DNA of 64,000 nucleotides from Sarea resinae (lineage: Eukaryota): contig JAPEUD010000011.1 in NCBI GenBank assembly GCA_026026165.1, positions 434,001 through 498,000 on the forward strand, read 5' to 3'. Below, piece after piece: positions 26,043 through 39,589 of this stretch. Below the pieces are notes generated by a model, which was not told the DNA's origin, ran no database searches, and saw nothing but the letters and a program-made list of their open reading frames with translations. Position 1 is the stretch's first letter. Every line of letters starts with the position of its first letter. A program made the translations under genes and the position numbers.

Positions 26043-28432
26043 ATGGCTTCTTCGGAGATCAATGAGGTGACGGATTGGTCTGATCACAACGCTTCTGCCC
26101 AGCATGGCGTTGCGCCGAATCCAGATCCTGCCTTGAACATCTCGCGCGAACATCACCATCCTCATCTACATCACGATGCTTTCGCTGAGAAGGGCCGAGA
26201 AGATGAGGTGGTGTTCTCGAAAGGCACTTCGTTCGACAAGCCAACGATTCCGGACCAGAACCCGCATGGGCATGGACGAGCTCAATTGAACGAGTTAGAA
26301 GGTGCGAAAGGTGGCGTGGATGTGGCCGACGAGGAGAAGGGGAGCATCGGCCCCGTCGAAACCGAAGAGGAAGCCCTTCCTCAGGCGGGTTTCGGTATAG
26401 ACAGATTCTACCGAAGATATCGCGTCTTCGTCCATATATTCATCTGGCTCCTATTTACGGGGTAAGGCCTTTCATGTTTTTTGGCGGGTCCTTCAATTCC
26501 CTCCCACGGTCTATCTCCCCAGGCCAAGCAGCATTGCATTTTGAGGTTTCGTCTTACGACGAGCATCATATCAATGTGATAGGGTCATACCCTATGTCTG
26601 GATCTATCAGCCCCAGAGCTCTGCGATGCGCCCATGAGCATGGCCTTTCCCTTCTGTCTGCGCACGGGGCTTGTCGTCCCCTTCTCTGTCTCCGACTGCA
26701 AGGACTACGGTCACGGCTTGCTAACGTCGAGATAACAGATGGTGGATAGCAGGTCTCATCCTCCATCGATATGACATAGGTTGGATCAAGCCTTTCCTGT
26801 TATGGCTTGCCATAACACTGCGCCTTATCTTTTTCCACGCGCCAATCACCATCGTCACCATCCCCATGCACTTTGTGTGGAATCACACCGGCGTGCGCTT
26901 CGCGCAACTGATTCCAGACAAGCTCAAGATCCCTCTGGGGGCTCTCTTGACCGTTTCGGTCATTCTCATTGGGTCCTTCGTCAGCAAAGAAAGCCAAGAC
27001 AACACCCGTGCCAACCGCGCGGTCAGTCTGTTCGGTCTTGTCGTATTCCTTGCGGCTTTATACGCGACATCGAGGAACCGCAAAGCCATCAAATGGCACA
27101 CTGTAATCGTCGGGATGCTCACCCAATTCATCATTGCGCTGTTTGTCTTGCGGACCGGGACCGGCTATGACATCTTCAATTTCGTTTCCGGGCTGGCGAG
27201 GGATCTTCTGGGCTTTGCAGATCAGGGCACGTCCTTCTTGACCGATTCCTCGGTTCCCAAGACCGGATGGTTCCTGGTCTCTGTGCTTCCAGCCATCATC
27301 TTTTTCGTGGCTCTTGTGCAGTTGGTGAGTGCTCTGCTGCGGACTCGAGGCTCCAATATGTTCTAATAGATCCCCCTCTAGTTCTATTTCTGGGGTATTC
27401 TGCAATGGTTTATTGGAAAGTTTGCTGTCTTCTTCTTTTGGTCGATGCGAGTCTCTGGCGCCGAAGCTGTCGTCGCCGCCGCCTCTCCCTTCATTGGTCA
27501 AGGCGAATCAGCGATGCTCATCAAACCATTCGTCGCTCACCTCACGAACGCGGAGCTTCATCAGGTCATGACCTCGGGCTACGCGACCATTGCCGGTAGT
27601 GTTCTCGTCGCCTACATCAGCCTTGGCGTCAACCCTCAAGCGCTAGTATCCTCGTGCGTGATGAGCATTCCGGCCAGCTTAGCCATCAGCAAGCTGCGGT
27701 ATCCTGAGACAGAAGAGACCCTGACAGCCGGCCGAGTGGTCATCCCAGATGACGATCAGCACAAAGCCGCCAATTCGCTCCATGCCTTCGCCAACGGCGC
27801 CTGGCTCGGTCTGAAGATTGCAGGCATGATCATGGCGACCCTGCTCTGCATTCTGGGTCTGCTGGGGCTGGTCAACGGTCTACTGACCTGGTGGGGTCAC
27901 TATCTGAACATCAACGACCCGCCGCTGACGGTCGAGCTCATCGTCGGTTACATTTGCTATCCGATTGCTTTCCTCCTCGGTGTGCCGCGCAACGGCGATC
28001 TCGTCAAGGTCGGAAGGCTTATTGGGACGAAGCTGATTGCCGTAAGTATTGATTCCGCTAGTCGAGCCTTCTCCTGGAACGGAGGGAGGGACGAAATACA
28101 AGCAGTCGATGGAGAGAGATCGCTGACACAAGAGGCAATAGAACGAATTTGTCGCATACACGGATCTCCAGACGGACGCAATGTACAAGGATCTGTCACC
28201 GCGCTCTCGTCTGATCGCCACGTACGCGCTCTGCGGTTTCGCCAACATCGGCTCCCTCGGCACCCAGATCGGTGTCTTGTCGCAGCTGGCGCCGTCGAGG
28301 GGTGGGGACGTGGCGAGGTTAGCCATCAGCGCGCTGATAGCCGGAGCCATCTCCACGTTCACGAGTGCCAGTATTGCTGGCTTGCTGATCCAGAACCAAG
28401 CGGCATATTTCACGCCATCTTCGGCATCCTGA
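26043..28432 (+). CDS. Concentrative (H+/Na+) nucleoside transporter, SLC28/CNT family; exons 26043-26461, 26739-27324, 27382-28041, 28142-28432
   Basis: Motifs IKWHTVIVG, VLPAIIFF, SGAEAVVAAASPFIGQGES, MTSGYATIAGSVL, KLRYPE, GTKLIANEFVAY and YALCGFANIGSLG. The three GT-AG introns restore the frame. Confidence 0.93.
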
Positions 28433-28908
28433 GGGAGGGAGAGTCGAGCATTCGATTGGGCGGCTGGTTCTAGCAATTTACTTGTTTTGAAGGGGGTACG
28501 CATTGATCGTTGCATTTTGTTTTGATGGATGTCAATCACGAACGTTGTGTCATGTTGAAGTAAATCTCCAGTCATGAATGAAAACCATGCTTCCACGGCC
28601 TGCTTTCTCACGACGCAAGAGTTCGCTGTAATCTGTCGGCGTTTCCATTTGGGGAGTCAGGGACTTAGAAGCAAGCATATGTTTCTTAACTTTGATGTTC
28701 ATCTAGATTTCGAGTACAGCTATTATCGATACCACATATAGACACGAAAAGGAAGTGAATCTTTCATCGGTTTTCTTGGGTCAGCCAGGCGCCCCAATGC
28801 CCGTCAACACCACAAACTCCTCGCAGTTAATGCTTCGCTAGTTTAGACTGAGTGAACAAGAGAAGAAGGTGCGTACGATATAAGAGATGCAAGAAAATCT
28901 ACGGCGGA

Positions 28909-30843
28909 TCATACTAGCTCCCGAATAGGCGAAAGAACGTCAACGCCCTTAGGTTTCGAAAGCATGCCAAATCTCAAGAAAATCTCCGAGCAGGTCACAC
29001 AAATCGATAGGATGATGAGGACGATGATGATCCAGGTGATTCCTATAACGTAGAAGAAAGTATGACAGTCAGATGAAAAGTTTCCAACATCAAGTATGAC
29101 CAGCGAACAGAGTGATGATACATACTCGACATCTTGGAGTCCGCGATAGAATCACTCAATATTTCTGCCAGGTCGAGGAACACGCGACATCTTTCGTTCA
29201 AGACTTGAACCCGCGGTTTGATCTCGAGGTATTCTGCAACAGATAAAACGTCAGTGACACAAGAAAAGCTGACAAAACTTCTCGGAATCGCCAGAACGCA
29301 TGCTTACCTCGAACGGCGAAATACAGCGGGTGCAATGTCGGCTCGCTATCCCAAAAGAAATTTGGTACATCAAGCATATTAGACGCTAGGAACATATATT
29401 AGAAACTGCTCATCATCGCTCCAGGACAATAGAAGGTACTCACAGAGATTGACGTCCACTCTGCTCTTGAACAAGCGTCCAAGAATCTTGACCACTTCTT
29501 CTCTATCCATGCCAAGTTTGCCGGTAAGGGCAAGCCGACGCGGAACATACTGCGCCTCCAGCATCGTACGCGCCATGCGCTCTTCGAAAAAGGACAACTT
29601 CGTACTCTGGGCGATAGCATGAGACATGGCCAATTTGATCATATGATCACCAGATCGAAGGGTTATCATGTCGTTGAAGAGGCGCGGTCTCGGGATGTCG
29701 CTGTTATACTCGAAATGGAACTCTTCAGTCTCAAAGTCTTCTTCTATTTGCGGTCGAGACGCCAGTGATATCCCGGTTTCGGATTCGGAGAAGGTAAGGT
29801 CGGCCAAGACATCTTTTTCCTGCCTCTCCGAGAAGTTCCAGAAAACAACAACACCATAGGAGAAGACGAACATCTCGGCAAATGTCGAAGCATCAGGTGC
29901 TATTCGCCCTGGAGAATCTGACCGTGCAGAATTGCTACTTCTTCTCGACTCTGACCGTCCTTCACGATCTTCATTCCGCCCGTTCTCACCATCTTCTGGG
30001 CCCCTTACTCCGTAATGCTCTGTATCTTCGAAGTAACCCTCGTGATAGTCTCTCTGCTCACTCCTTTCAATCTCCTCATCAAGAACGGCCTTTCCTCCTG
30101 GACTTTTCAGGACTGGACTGCTTCTTAATCGATACCCGTCATTTCCAGGCAACAACGGTAAATGGTATGCTGTATAGAGACAGTCGTCGTAAAGCTTCAT
30201 CTTAGCAAAGTGTTTGTCTTTCACGAAAGCCGCCGTGGATTTCATCTTATACGCCTGAGCGGTACAATATGCCGTTACCCTTGCCAGCTTGTCTGCCCTC
30301 CGTGCTTTTGGTAAGCGCTCAGCGTATGACTTGCCCTTTAGATTGACCCGCTGGTTTCGGTGAAATTCTTCGTCATCGCGGGGAGGACCGGCCTCGTTAT
30401 CAATATCAAAGTCCCCCTCCTCCTCCTCCTGCTCGACGTCTTCCGGTGTTTCTGGTAGCAGCATCAATTTCTCCGATAATTTGGTAGATCGTGAAGGCAT
30501 GTACTGGGGTGCCAATCGGGCACCTAATTTGGGATCTGCGGAGCGGTCGGCCATTGATGGCGGCCGTCTCCCTGGAGGTCCTCGCTGCTGACCAGAAGGG
30601 ATCTCGCTCGCGTACTGTAGGACATTATCGACACTAATGAGGCGAGTTGTAGCTCTTCGATCCGGCTTCGCAGGACGTTGATGCCCCCTAGGCTGCTGTT
30701 CCCGAGAGTCGGTAACCTAGAAAGACAGCAGGATCAGCGACTGCGGTCAAGAATTGAGACTAGAGTTGCTTGATGTGAGCACATTGTCAAAAGCATACCA
30801 GAACGGTAGGGCCTCTTTTTCCAATCATGCCGGCCGGAGCCAT
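28909..30843 (-). CDS. RMD8: DUF155/RMD1-family sporulation protein, RMD8-type; exons 30843-30799, 30716-29444, 29385-29308, 29233-29126, 29042-28909
   Basis: RVTAYCTA, FVFSYGVVVFWNF, MSHAIAQSTKLSFFE and NMLDVPNFFWDSEPTLHPLY...EYLEIKPRVQVLNERCRVFL, followed by a C-terminal TM helix. The FFW-EP-LHPLY / LNxRCxVFL pattern fits Rmd8 rather than Rmd1. Confidence 0.85.
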
Positions 30844-31468
30844 GCTGCTCAACGATCAAGCACGAGTGACTATGATGGCTGCGCGACGTGTGAGTTAGGT
30901 TGATCAAGAAGATAGAATCCCGACAACCCCAGTCGACCTCTTCTCCGCAGGGAGACCTATTGTTCTGGTGCTCACGGCTATTCGTGGCAAAGAGAATGGT
31001 ACTGTGCAATGCCTACTGAAATGAGGAAAGCAGGACAGACAGCATACGGAGTACTGTAGGCACGAAGAATAATTCCAACTTATCTCCGAAGAGCAAGCAA
31101 GGAACAGGTACCAGGTACGACGATACTTTATTACATTCGTATAGAGGACTCTCGGATATATTGCGCTGTATATATAGTCCCATAGTAGATTTGACGGTAC
31201 TCTACCTTGTGTGAAGTTCAACACGGTACGAAGCATACTGATTCCGCTTTCCGGATGCACAATCAGCCTTGATGCAAGGTGACTACTTCATACTGCAGCA
31301 CTGATTGATATCTACTTTACTTCATCCTTCATGCGAAATGGCACGGCTCACGAGCTCACGTAGACGTCCACTGATGCGAGTGATGGGGTGGTCAGGTAAG
31401 ATAAGGTATGTAGGTAAGCAATGAACCGCGACTGCCAACGCCTTCTGTAATCCCTCCTAGCAATATGA

Positions 31469-32141
31469 TTAATGAGTCTCTTTCACGGCAGCACCAGGTT
31501 TTGAGCTTGGAGACTGCGCCGTGGTCGAACTATTCGCAGCCTCGCCCTCGGCCGCGAACTTCTTCAGATCGCTCATCTGCAGCTTTTCCAGCGCCTTCTC
31601 ATGTGTAGCATGGAGAAAGACTCTGCAACATTGGTAGAATTAGTGCTTGCTCTTTGCTTCATGAGACTCTTTGTTTGGTCGGGATGCTCACATAGGTACA
31701 ATTGGATCTTTATCGTCTTTCCGTGCGTCGAATGCTTCCTTCCACCTACTCGCACATAGACACCATTTGCAACCGCCTACAAGACCGGCCTGGCGAAGAT
31801 CATTACCGCGGGAGGCAGAAAAGTCGAGGAATTCATCGCTGACCACTCCTTAGTGAAACCCCTGGTATTAGCTATGTTCCATATTTCCATATCTGTGAAA
31901 CATCCTGCGCAATTCCTTTCTTACCAGCTACCGAATGGTTCCCCGCATCCTCTCCGGGCACCTCGCAGTATCCATTTCTCAAAAATCCTGTCGGGGGTGT
32001 TTGTGAGAAGAGGCCTAGAGGTTTCTTCAATACTGTGGCAGAATCAGTCCAAATAATCGCCTAAAAGCGAGTAGATGAGCATATGCAGTGACTGAGAACA
32101 CTCATACCATTGAGATTGTACGATGAAGGCTTGGTAGCCAT
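31469..32141 (-). CDS. DUF2237-family small Cys-containing protein (~150 aa); exons 32141-32108, 32032-31925, 31848-31692, 31622-31469
   Basis: Not in the ORF track. Spliced translation MATKPSSYNLNVLKKPLGLFSQTPPTGFLRNGYCEVPGEDAGNHSVAGVVSDEFLDFSASRGNDLRQAGLVGGCKWCLCASRWKEAF...VFLHATHEKAL... matches the TGFxRxGxC / GNDL / WCLCAxRW / ATHExAL signature of DUF2237. All three introns are GT-AG. Confidence 0.88.
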
Positions 32142-32909
32142 TTTATCTTGAAGCAGTAACCCTTGTTATAGGCCTGAAGAAGGGTTCGAAAGGTCGAATC
32201 GACATTTATTATGATTTGCGAGTTTGGTGATGGCCAACATCTTGTTCGGCATCTGTTTATTTCTGACAAGGTTCGCTAAGGTCATGACGTTGATATGTTT
32301 CCAGGGACGCTTGATCATTTTAAAGCCATCAATCTGTACAAGATAGGTAGGTAGTCCCTACTGTATACACTCTTGACGTCGACATCATCACAGTCGTCAC
32401 TAGGGGGTTGCCATCGAGGCCAGTCCCGCAACAATGGAAATTGTTCAGGACAACACTTCGACTAGACTCGCATATTATCAAGGCAGTCCCAGATGTTGTT
32501 TGACTGAATAACTGTAGCATGAGGTAGCAAGCATCCAGCTCGCATTAGAACCATACCAGATCGCAAGGATCGGGAAGGCAGAGAGAAACTTTGGCAAAGC
32601 GATCCAGTCGAGCTGAACGAATGGCTATATCTGTATTCGAAGGCGAACGATGACTCTAAATAACAATGCATTTTTGGCTCAAAACTCAGGTCAAAAAGTT
32701 CCAGTAGCTCATGTTCTCCAATTCCGTCCGCTGTAATGATAATCAAGATCGCCCCATGACGGACGCCAGCAAGTTCAAAACTTATTAAGCCTCTCCTTTG
32801 ATATACGAGCTCGATCCAGAGTGCGCTTGAAAGCTCTAGTAAAGATGAGGCATTTGGTAAAGAGCTCACAAACTCGAAAATTCACACGGATGTATACACA
32901 ATGCCCCCA

Positions 32910-35266
32910 TTACATCGTGCCATTTGTCTTCTTCACTGCATAATGGCGGTGTATCGCTGCCTTCATGGTCAATAGCCGGTCGTGCATCTCCAGAAGCTGC
33001 TTCATCTTGTCTGACGGTCGATGCCTCTGGCGTGAAAGCTCAAGATGCAGCTTCTCATATGCTGGATAGTATTCTTGGAATCGCTGGCCAAGCTTCAGAA
33101 TCTCATCGTGAGGAAGTGGAGCACTGCTGACATCAATATGTGCACTATCGATCGATTGTTGTGGCTTATGACGCTTGTTCGGTGGCTCGCAGAGATGGAA
33201 ATCCGTTGAACCATCGCCATATCCGTCCGCAAATTTGCCATCGACTTTCCTTTTCAACGTCATCGCTGACTCATCCTGACTTACAGGTGGACTTCGACTC
33301 GAGGAGCCTGAAGCATTCACCAGATTCGTTGGCGTATTTGCACCATTAGCGTACAAATTCATCATCGGAGAGGACGAGGACGAAGAAGCCGGGTAAGGTT
33401 GAATACCATACTCCATGTCGGAAGTGTTATTTGGTGGGGAGGATCCAAGTGGAGACGGCTGGAGCGGCTTATAAGGATTTTGCTGGGGTAGGTCATTCCT
33501 TCGCGATGGTTGCCTCGATGACTGACTGGCGTCAGAATCCCGATGCGGTGAACCAGACCCTTCCGACAAAGAGGGAGTCGGCTTGATAGAAGGTTCTTTC
33601 GACGCTACCAGACCGGAGACTTTCAGCTGGTCTCCACTAGTCTTAGGAGAAGGTCGCTGGGATTTGTCGCGAATCCGCAAAGTTTCGAGAGCTTCGGTAC
33701 TGGTAGACGAAGATATCTGAGTGTGACTCTCTGACTGAAGAGTGCCGCCTCTAGATGTGCCACCCATCTCTGCGTCCTCATCTGAGTCTTCCACATACTC
33801 CGCTGATTTGATCTTACCGACAGGCTTCGTTTCAATTCGTTCAGAGGTGCGCCGCGCCTCTACAATCGGTACTGTAGGAGTCTTGTTGGTCTTCTTGGAC
33901 AATAAGCGTTTTGACAATGCTTGCTGCCCTCCCGCCGTCTTTCGTTTATTCAAGTCAGACGATATAGAGAGACCTGCCAAGTCTTCGGCTTCAGGTGCTG
34001 TCGAAGTTGGAGCGCGTGTGTCCGTCTTGTCGCCGTCTTTTCCATGGCTCGGTATCCTTGGGTGTTCCGAACGCGGCAGCTTACCATTCGGATTTCCTTT
34101 TTGGTGTAAAGGGCCAGCATGTAAGTGCAACTTAGAAAGGATTACGCCCTTTCCCCGTTCTGATTTCGGCAACAACATCTGCCAGAGTTTGTCATCTCTT
34201 GAAACCCTCATGCGGTCAAATGCGGATATGGCGTTATCGATTGCACCTTGCCTTTCATCCTGTGAAGGATAGGCGAACGTCCAGACGTCTAGCTCTTTGT
34301 ATGCCCGATCTGTCAACTCCCAGTCTTTCGCGGACTTCGAGACTTTTCCAACCTTTTGCAGAACTTGTAGACAGTCCTCTTTCGGAGAATGAGTCATTCG
34401 TGCAAGTTCACTTTGACTAGCCGCTCGGACAGCCAGAAGATGAACTAACGGTATTCGCAGAGCTTGCGTCTTCATCTGCTTTGCAGCTCGAACCAAAGGC
34501 GCGGAGATTGCGGTATGGACGGTCGAAGAATTTGAGGGACTTTGAGCTGCGCCTAAAGAAGGGCTTGCTGGTATAGAGCGTCCAGCCCCTGTTCCCAAGA
34601 TCTGACTTCGATTGTTTTTAAAGAATCTCGTTGAATTCGTCGACTTAACGGCAGGCCTCTTTGCGGACCTTGCAGGGGGGAGATTTGAACTATCAGCGAC
34701 AAAGAGGGTCCTATGTAGATAGTAAGCGGAAGGCGCCAAGTGCCAAAAGTTGGAAGACTTTGAAAGAACATACTTTTTAGATTGCTTCTGTTGCTCAATA
34801 GCAGCCATTTGATTCTGCAGCGCCAGCATGGCTGCATCAGCACCCGCAGTAGCCTCTGTGGCATCGCGAACTTCCAGCCGATGGCTGCACAGACTTGTCA
34901 AGGAAAGCCCATTAGGTTTCTCCCGGGATGAAGACTCATATAGCTCTTCCCTCAATGGCACTTCCTTAGAATTGATATGGCGGCTCCTGTTTCCGTAACG
35001 TAATGCCTGTATGAAAGAACGGTCAGAACTTGTCTTCTTATCAGCAGGGGGAGTTGTAATAGAATCAGTCTTACCGGAGTCTTGCCAGTAGTGAGTCGCG
35101 GCAGTTTCCCGACCTTCACACTATTTACGAGTTCGCCAAGAACTCCTTCACTCATGTCGAGACGCAGGGCCTGGCTACAGGGGGATTTCATCTTGGATAC
35201 CCCAGCGCCGGCATCTGGGGAACTGTGAAGGGTGAACGCAGCTGGTTGTGGAGTTGCAGATGACAT
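32910..35266 (-). CDS. RNA polymerase II elongation factor ELL-like protein; exons 35266-35075, 35006-34774, 34710-32910
   Basis: Central winged-helix-like block LRIPLVHLLAVR...WELTDRAYKELDVWTFAYPSQDERQ, Ser-rich linker and C-terminal occludin/ELL-like helix FQEYYPAYEKLHLEL. Introns at 35074-35007 and 34773-34711 (the latter in frame). Confidence 0.65.
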
Positions 35267-37250
35267 CTTAGATGGGAGAGGTGCCCTCAATACTTCGGAT
35301 TTTGGATAGCAAGCTGCTCAGCATAAGCTCCCGAAGACCGCTGGCAGGTTTCTTTAAGGTGCGAACGTCATCAACACAACAAGAGCTGGTCGTTCGATGA
35401 AGAAAGTCGTGCTCCTGTAATGTTCAAACCTCTCTCTAACACTTCGACAGCCAGCAATCAGTGGAGAGCTGTCTGGTGGATATTAGTATGAAGCAAGGCT
35501 AGACTTCAGCTGGCGGGAAGGCAGGGCTCCTTGAGTCAAACAATGACTAAACCGAACCCTCGAAATTATGCCCTTCCCGCATACGAAGATGGGACCTCGA
35601 GAATATGTGGATATGGTTCCAAGGAAGAAGATATTATGACCGGCCAATGCACAAAGAGAGTAGCAAATCAATTTGGTTGGGTCCCGGAGGAACGTCGTGG
35701 CCTCGTTGGGGTGTTGTTGGTTCTCTTGTTGATGCTTGCCAATGACAACAGCAATCTATTATTGCGTTCAAGGCGGATTAAGTGGCGGATTGAAACCGAG
35801 CAGCGGGGAAGTCGATGATTGCCACGGCAGCCAATGTTGTGAACGCAAGAGAGGCATTCAGATACTGAGTAATGAGGATGATGTACTTGAAGTGTGTGAC
35901 GAAGCGGTTGGGGTCGAAGTGGAGGAGGATGGATGAATGGAATAACAATGAATCGGAAGTAGGTGATGTACTTGCCGTAAGGTAAGGTGAAGGCCAGATA
36001 GGTAGGTGCTTACCTTGGGTAGGAAGGTACGGTACTCAACTAGGTACTATGTACTCCGGAGTAGGTACGCATACGCGCACGCAAGTACGCAGTATACTTG
36101 GAGTAGGTAGATCAAGTACTCTGTACCTTATTCGGTGGTCTGGTAAGCGACTACTTTCTTGACGAGAGTACGTTTCAGTACTCACAGAGTACCGCAGTAG
36201 AGATCTTGGTACCTTACCTTAGGCGTCAAGGTACCAAACTCGGACTACGTACGGAAGCTAAGATTTAGTAAGTATACCTAAGAAGGTGCGATCCATTATA
36301 AGCTACTTGCCTAGTAGGTACCGCACGCTTGGGGTTCGAGACGAGACGATATCTTGCGATGGAAAGCAAGCAAGAGGAATTGCGACGGGTCAAAGAAGGA
36401 ATGAAAACTTCCCATCACGGATGCGTGCTGCACAAGGCAATAAGAACAACCTGCAAACACACGTATCTGTTACGGTAGCCGAGGGTATATTTGATTTGCG
36501 TACTGCGCAGTACATTCCTGTACTACTTCGTACAGAATCCATTGTTATGGGCTTTACATCCGCAGAGATACTCGAAAGGTGCGGAAAGATACGGCAAGGC
36601 GGCGGACAGTACATCGATGATAAATACCTGTATGATACTCGACCTTTTACTACGGAGTATGTCTGTCGTACTGAACTTGCAGCGAAACAGGCGCCTTCGC
36701 ACGGCTCTAAAAGCATAGGTACGCACTTTACCTACCTACAAGGTAGTGTTAACCTACTTCGGAGTACGCGTACCTTGAGTACCTAGTCAGAGGTAAGAAA
36801 GTAGTAGCTCCACTGGTAAGTAACGCTGGCAAGCAGTGCCGACCTCGTCCCACTAGGTACGTTCTTTGGCTAAGTCAGCGAGCAAGATAAATCGATAAGA
36901 TACTCCGTACTCCGTAGATCCACGGATACGCCATCCAAACAGGCAAATTGTTTAGTGCGAGGTTCGAGTCTTGATTGATCTGCTTGATCTTAGTTTACGC
37001 ACCGATCAGCAATATTGCCAGTCCGGGGGTTATCAACGAATCTGCTTCCAAGCTTCCACATAGCATTGTTAGTCCGCTGATCACTGTCATCAACTCAACA
37101 AATAATCTGAGGGCACATACATATAGCCAAAATAGACTCATTGGAATAAATCTGATATTTAATATAGCGATCTCTACTATATGATGGTCATTTACCCGTA
37201 CCATAAGACAGTGCGTAGTGTCACCCCTCCTCCTAATCATTTTGATCCAA

Positions 37251-39589
37251 TCAGTAGGCAATCATATCAGACAGTCCATCGAGCTCTCTCTGGTAATTCC
37301 TATGTTGCGAGATGTTGAAGGTGTAGGCATCGACAAATTCCTTTGCTCCCTTGACCAATTTAATTGCCTCTTTGAAAGTCTCAGGCTTCACTTGTTCAGC
37401 AGTAACAACCCCGTAGGAGTCAACGACATCACTACCGCTTGACATATGTATGCCCGGAAGCGAGAAGGCGTCTTTGAGCAGATTGACAGCTTCACCAGTG
37501 GCGCCAATAGTCTTCAGATGGCCAAACGCTTCGCGCACCCAGTGGATAACGCGGCCATTCTTGCGAAGAGTCTCGACATGCGAGCCACCAGGGATGAAGA
37601 TGGAGTCAAACATCGTTGATCGCATCCCTTCGAAGTGATGGTCGGGACTGACACCTTTACCGCTTCGATCCTCGCCCTGAGCGTAGACGGGGGCTCGCTT
37701 TGGTCCAATGGTGAAAGGGAAAGCCTGGGCAGCCTTGAGCGCTGCCAATATACCATTATAGGCCACTGGATCGTAGCCATCTGCTATCAAGATAGCTACT
37801 CTCCTAGTAGCAATAGTTGGTTCCTTTGGTGCGTAATATTCTTGGCTGAGAGGAGCAGATTTCCTTCCATGGTTGGGTTTATTTGCCTTTTGAGGGATTG
37901 GAGCGCCGCATTTCTCCGCAACACCTTGCGCCAATTCCAAGTCGATATCGCACAACCTTTCAACCATACGATTGTAGACCACGGGATCATCGCAGTGGTC
38001 GAGTTCAAAGCTCAAGGCATTCAAGACATGAGCTTTCTCATGTGGGGCAAGAGAGTTGTAGAAGAGCTGCGCCTGGTTGAAATGCTCGCGAAATTTTTTA
38101 CTCCTCATACGCGATTTCATGCCGACTACCTTTTGATGAAACTCCTCGTACCCACCTTCCTCCGGTTTCGCGGGCCTCGTGGCCCCGAACCGATTCGGCC
38201 AGTAGTTTGCAACGCCCTTTGTAATGGTGTGTCTACCCTGACCATCACGGTTGTGATTCATAACAGGACAGACAGGACGGTTTACCGGGAGTTCTTGCCA
38301 ATTGACACCCAAACGGGATATCTGAGTGTCGAAATAAGAGAAATTCCGACCTTGCAAAAGCGGGTCATCCGAGTGACCAATCCCGGGAACAACATGACTT
38401 GTACAGAAAGCTGCTTGCTCCACCTCCGTGAAATATTCATCCGGGTTGCGATTCAATTCGAATTCCCCAATATATCGTATTGGCACCTCGTCCTCTGGCC
38501 AAATTTTCGTAGCATCTAGAGGATCCCATTCAAAGTCCTGCTCCTTAGACTCTGGAATCGTCTGGATGCCGAACCTCCACTTTGGATAGACTCCAGCCTC
38601 GATAGCATCCCAGAGGTCCTTTCGATGAAAATCGGGATCTTGACCAGCAAGCTTAAGAGCCTCGTCCCAAACGAGTGAATGCACACCAAGAGTGGGGGTC
38701 ATGTGGAACTTCACAAATGATCGCTCACCCTTCTTATTGACGAGAGTGTAGGTGTTGACACCAAAACCCTGCATCATACGATACGAGCGGGGAATGCCGC
38801 GATCAGACTGGGTCCACAAGAACATGTGGGTGGCTTCGCTGTGCATGAATTGGAAATCCCAGAAATTGTTGTGTGCTGATTGAGCCTGAGGGACTTCTTT
38901 GTTAGGTTCAGGTTTTCCTGCGTGAACTGCATAATGTAAATATATATATTCAAGAATCACATATGGGAGTGGACAATGTCACTTACTGATATCAGGGAAT
39001 TTCATGGCATCCTGAATGAAGAACACCGGAATATCATTTCCAACAATATCCCAATTGCCCTCTGCAGCGTAAAACTTCATGGCGAAACCGCGCACATCAC
39101 GGACCGTATCCGCACTTCCCCGGCTGCCTAACACAGTAGAAAATCGAAGGAAGATGGGAGTTGATCGAGAAGTGTCCGTGAGAACTTTAGCGTGTGTAAC
39201 GTCTTCGGCACTTTCGAACAGTTTGAAAGTGCCAAAGGCGGCCGCGCCACGCGCGTGTATCACGCGCTCCGGAATACGTTCATGATCAAATCGCACGATC
39301 TGTGATGTGCATATCAGCGACTGGTCCAGGGTCAAATGAATTTTTATCAGCTTACCTTCTCCCTAGCAAAGGGATCCTCGAGAAGTGAGGGGCCGGTCTT
39401 GTCCTCACTAGCAACCCTCAGCCAGTCGTCGGTATTGGACGACTTTACACCATAGTCAGTCGTCAAAAGCACGTTTGGGTCCTGTGTGTCTTTGGTATAT
39501 TCTTCGAGCTGGGCAGTCTTCGCCCCTTCTGTTGCGCCCGTCATGGTTTGCTGGGCTTTCTGGAGACTGTTTGACACTATTGAAGACAT
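37251..39589 (-). CDS. catA: Large-subunit monofunctional catalase without signal peptide (CatA-type), with C-terminal DJ-1/GATase-like domain; exons 39589-39356, 39299-38987, 38926-37251
   Basis: Distal His motif [29 protein letters not shown], proximal Tyr motif [12 protein letters not shown], and C-terminal [10 protein letters not shown]...FIPGG...[11 protein letters not shown] domain. Two GT-AG introns. Confidence 0.93.

Noticed and set aside
36286..36786. 166-aa ORF between the ELL-like gene and catalase
   Set aside because: Non-ATG start, built largely from intergenic motif words, and no recognisable domain.
36950..36980. GGTTCGAGTC B-box-like motif as a tRNA gene
   Set aside because: No acceptor stem or cloverleaf can be formed around it.
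37635..38519. 294-aa plus-strand ORF
   Set aside because: Antisense shadow of the catalase gene.
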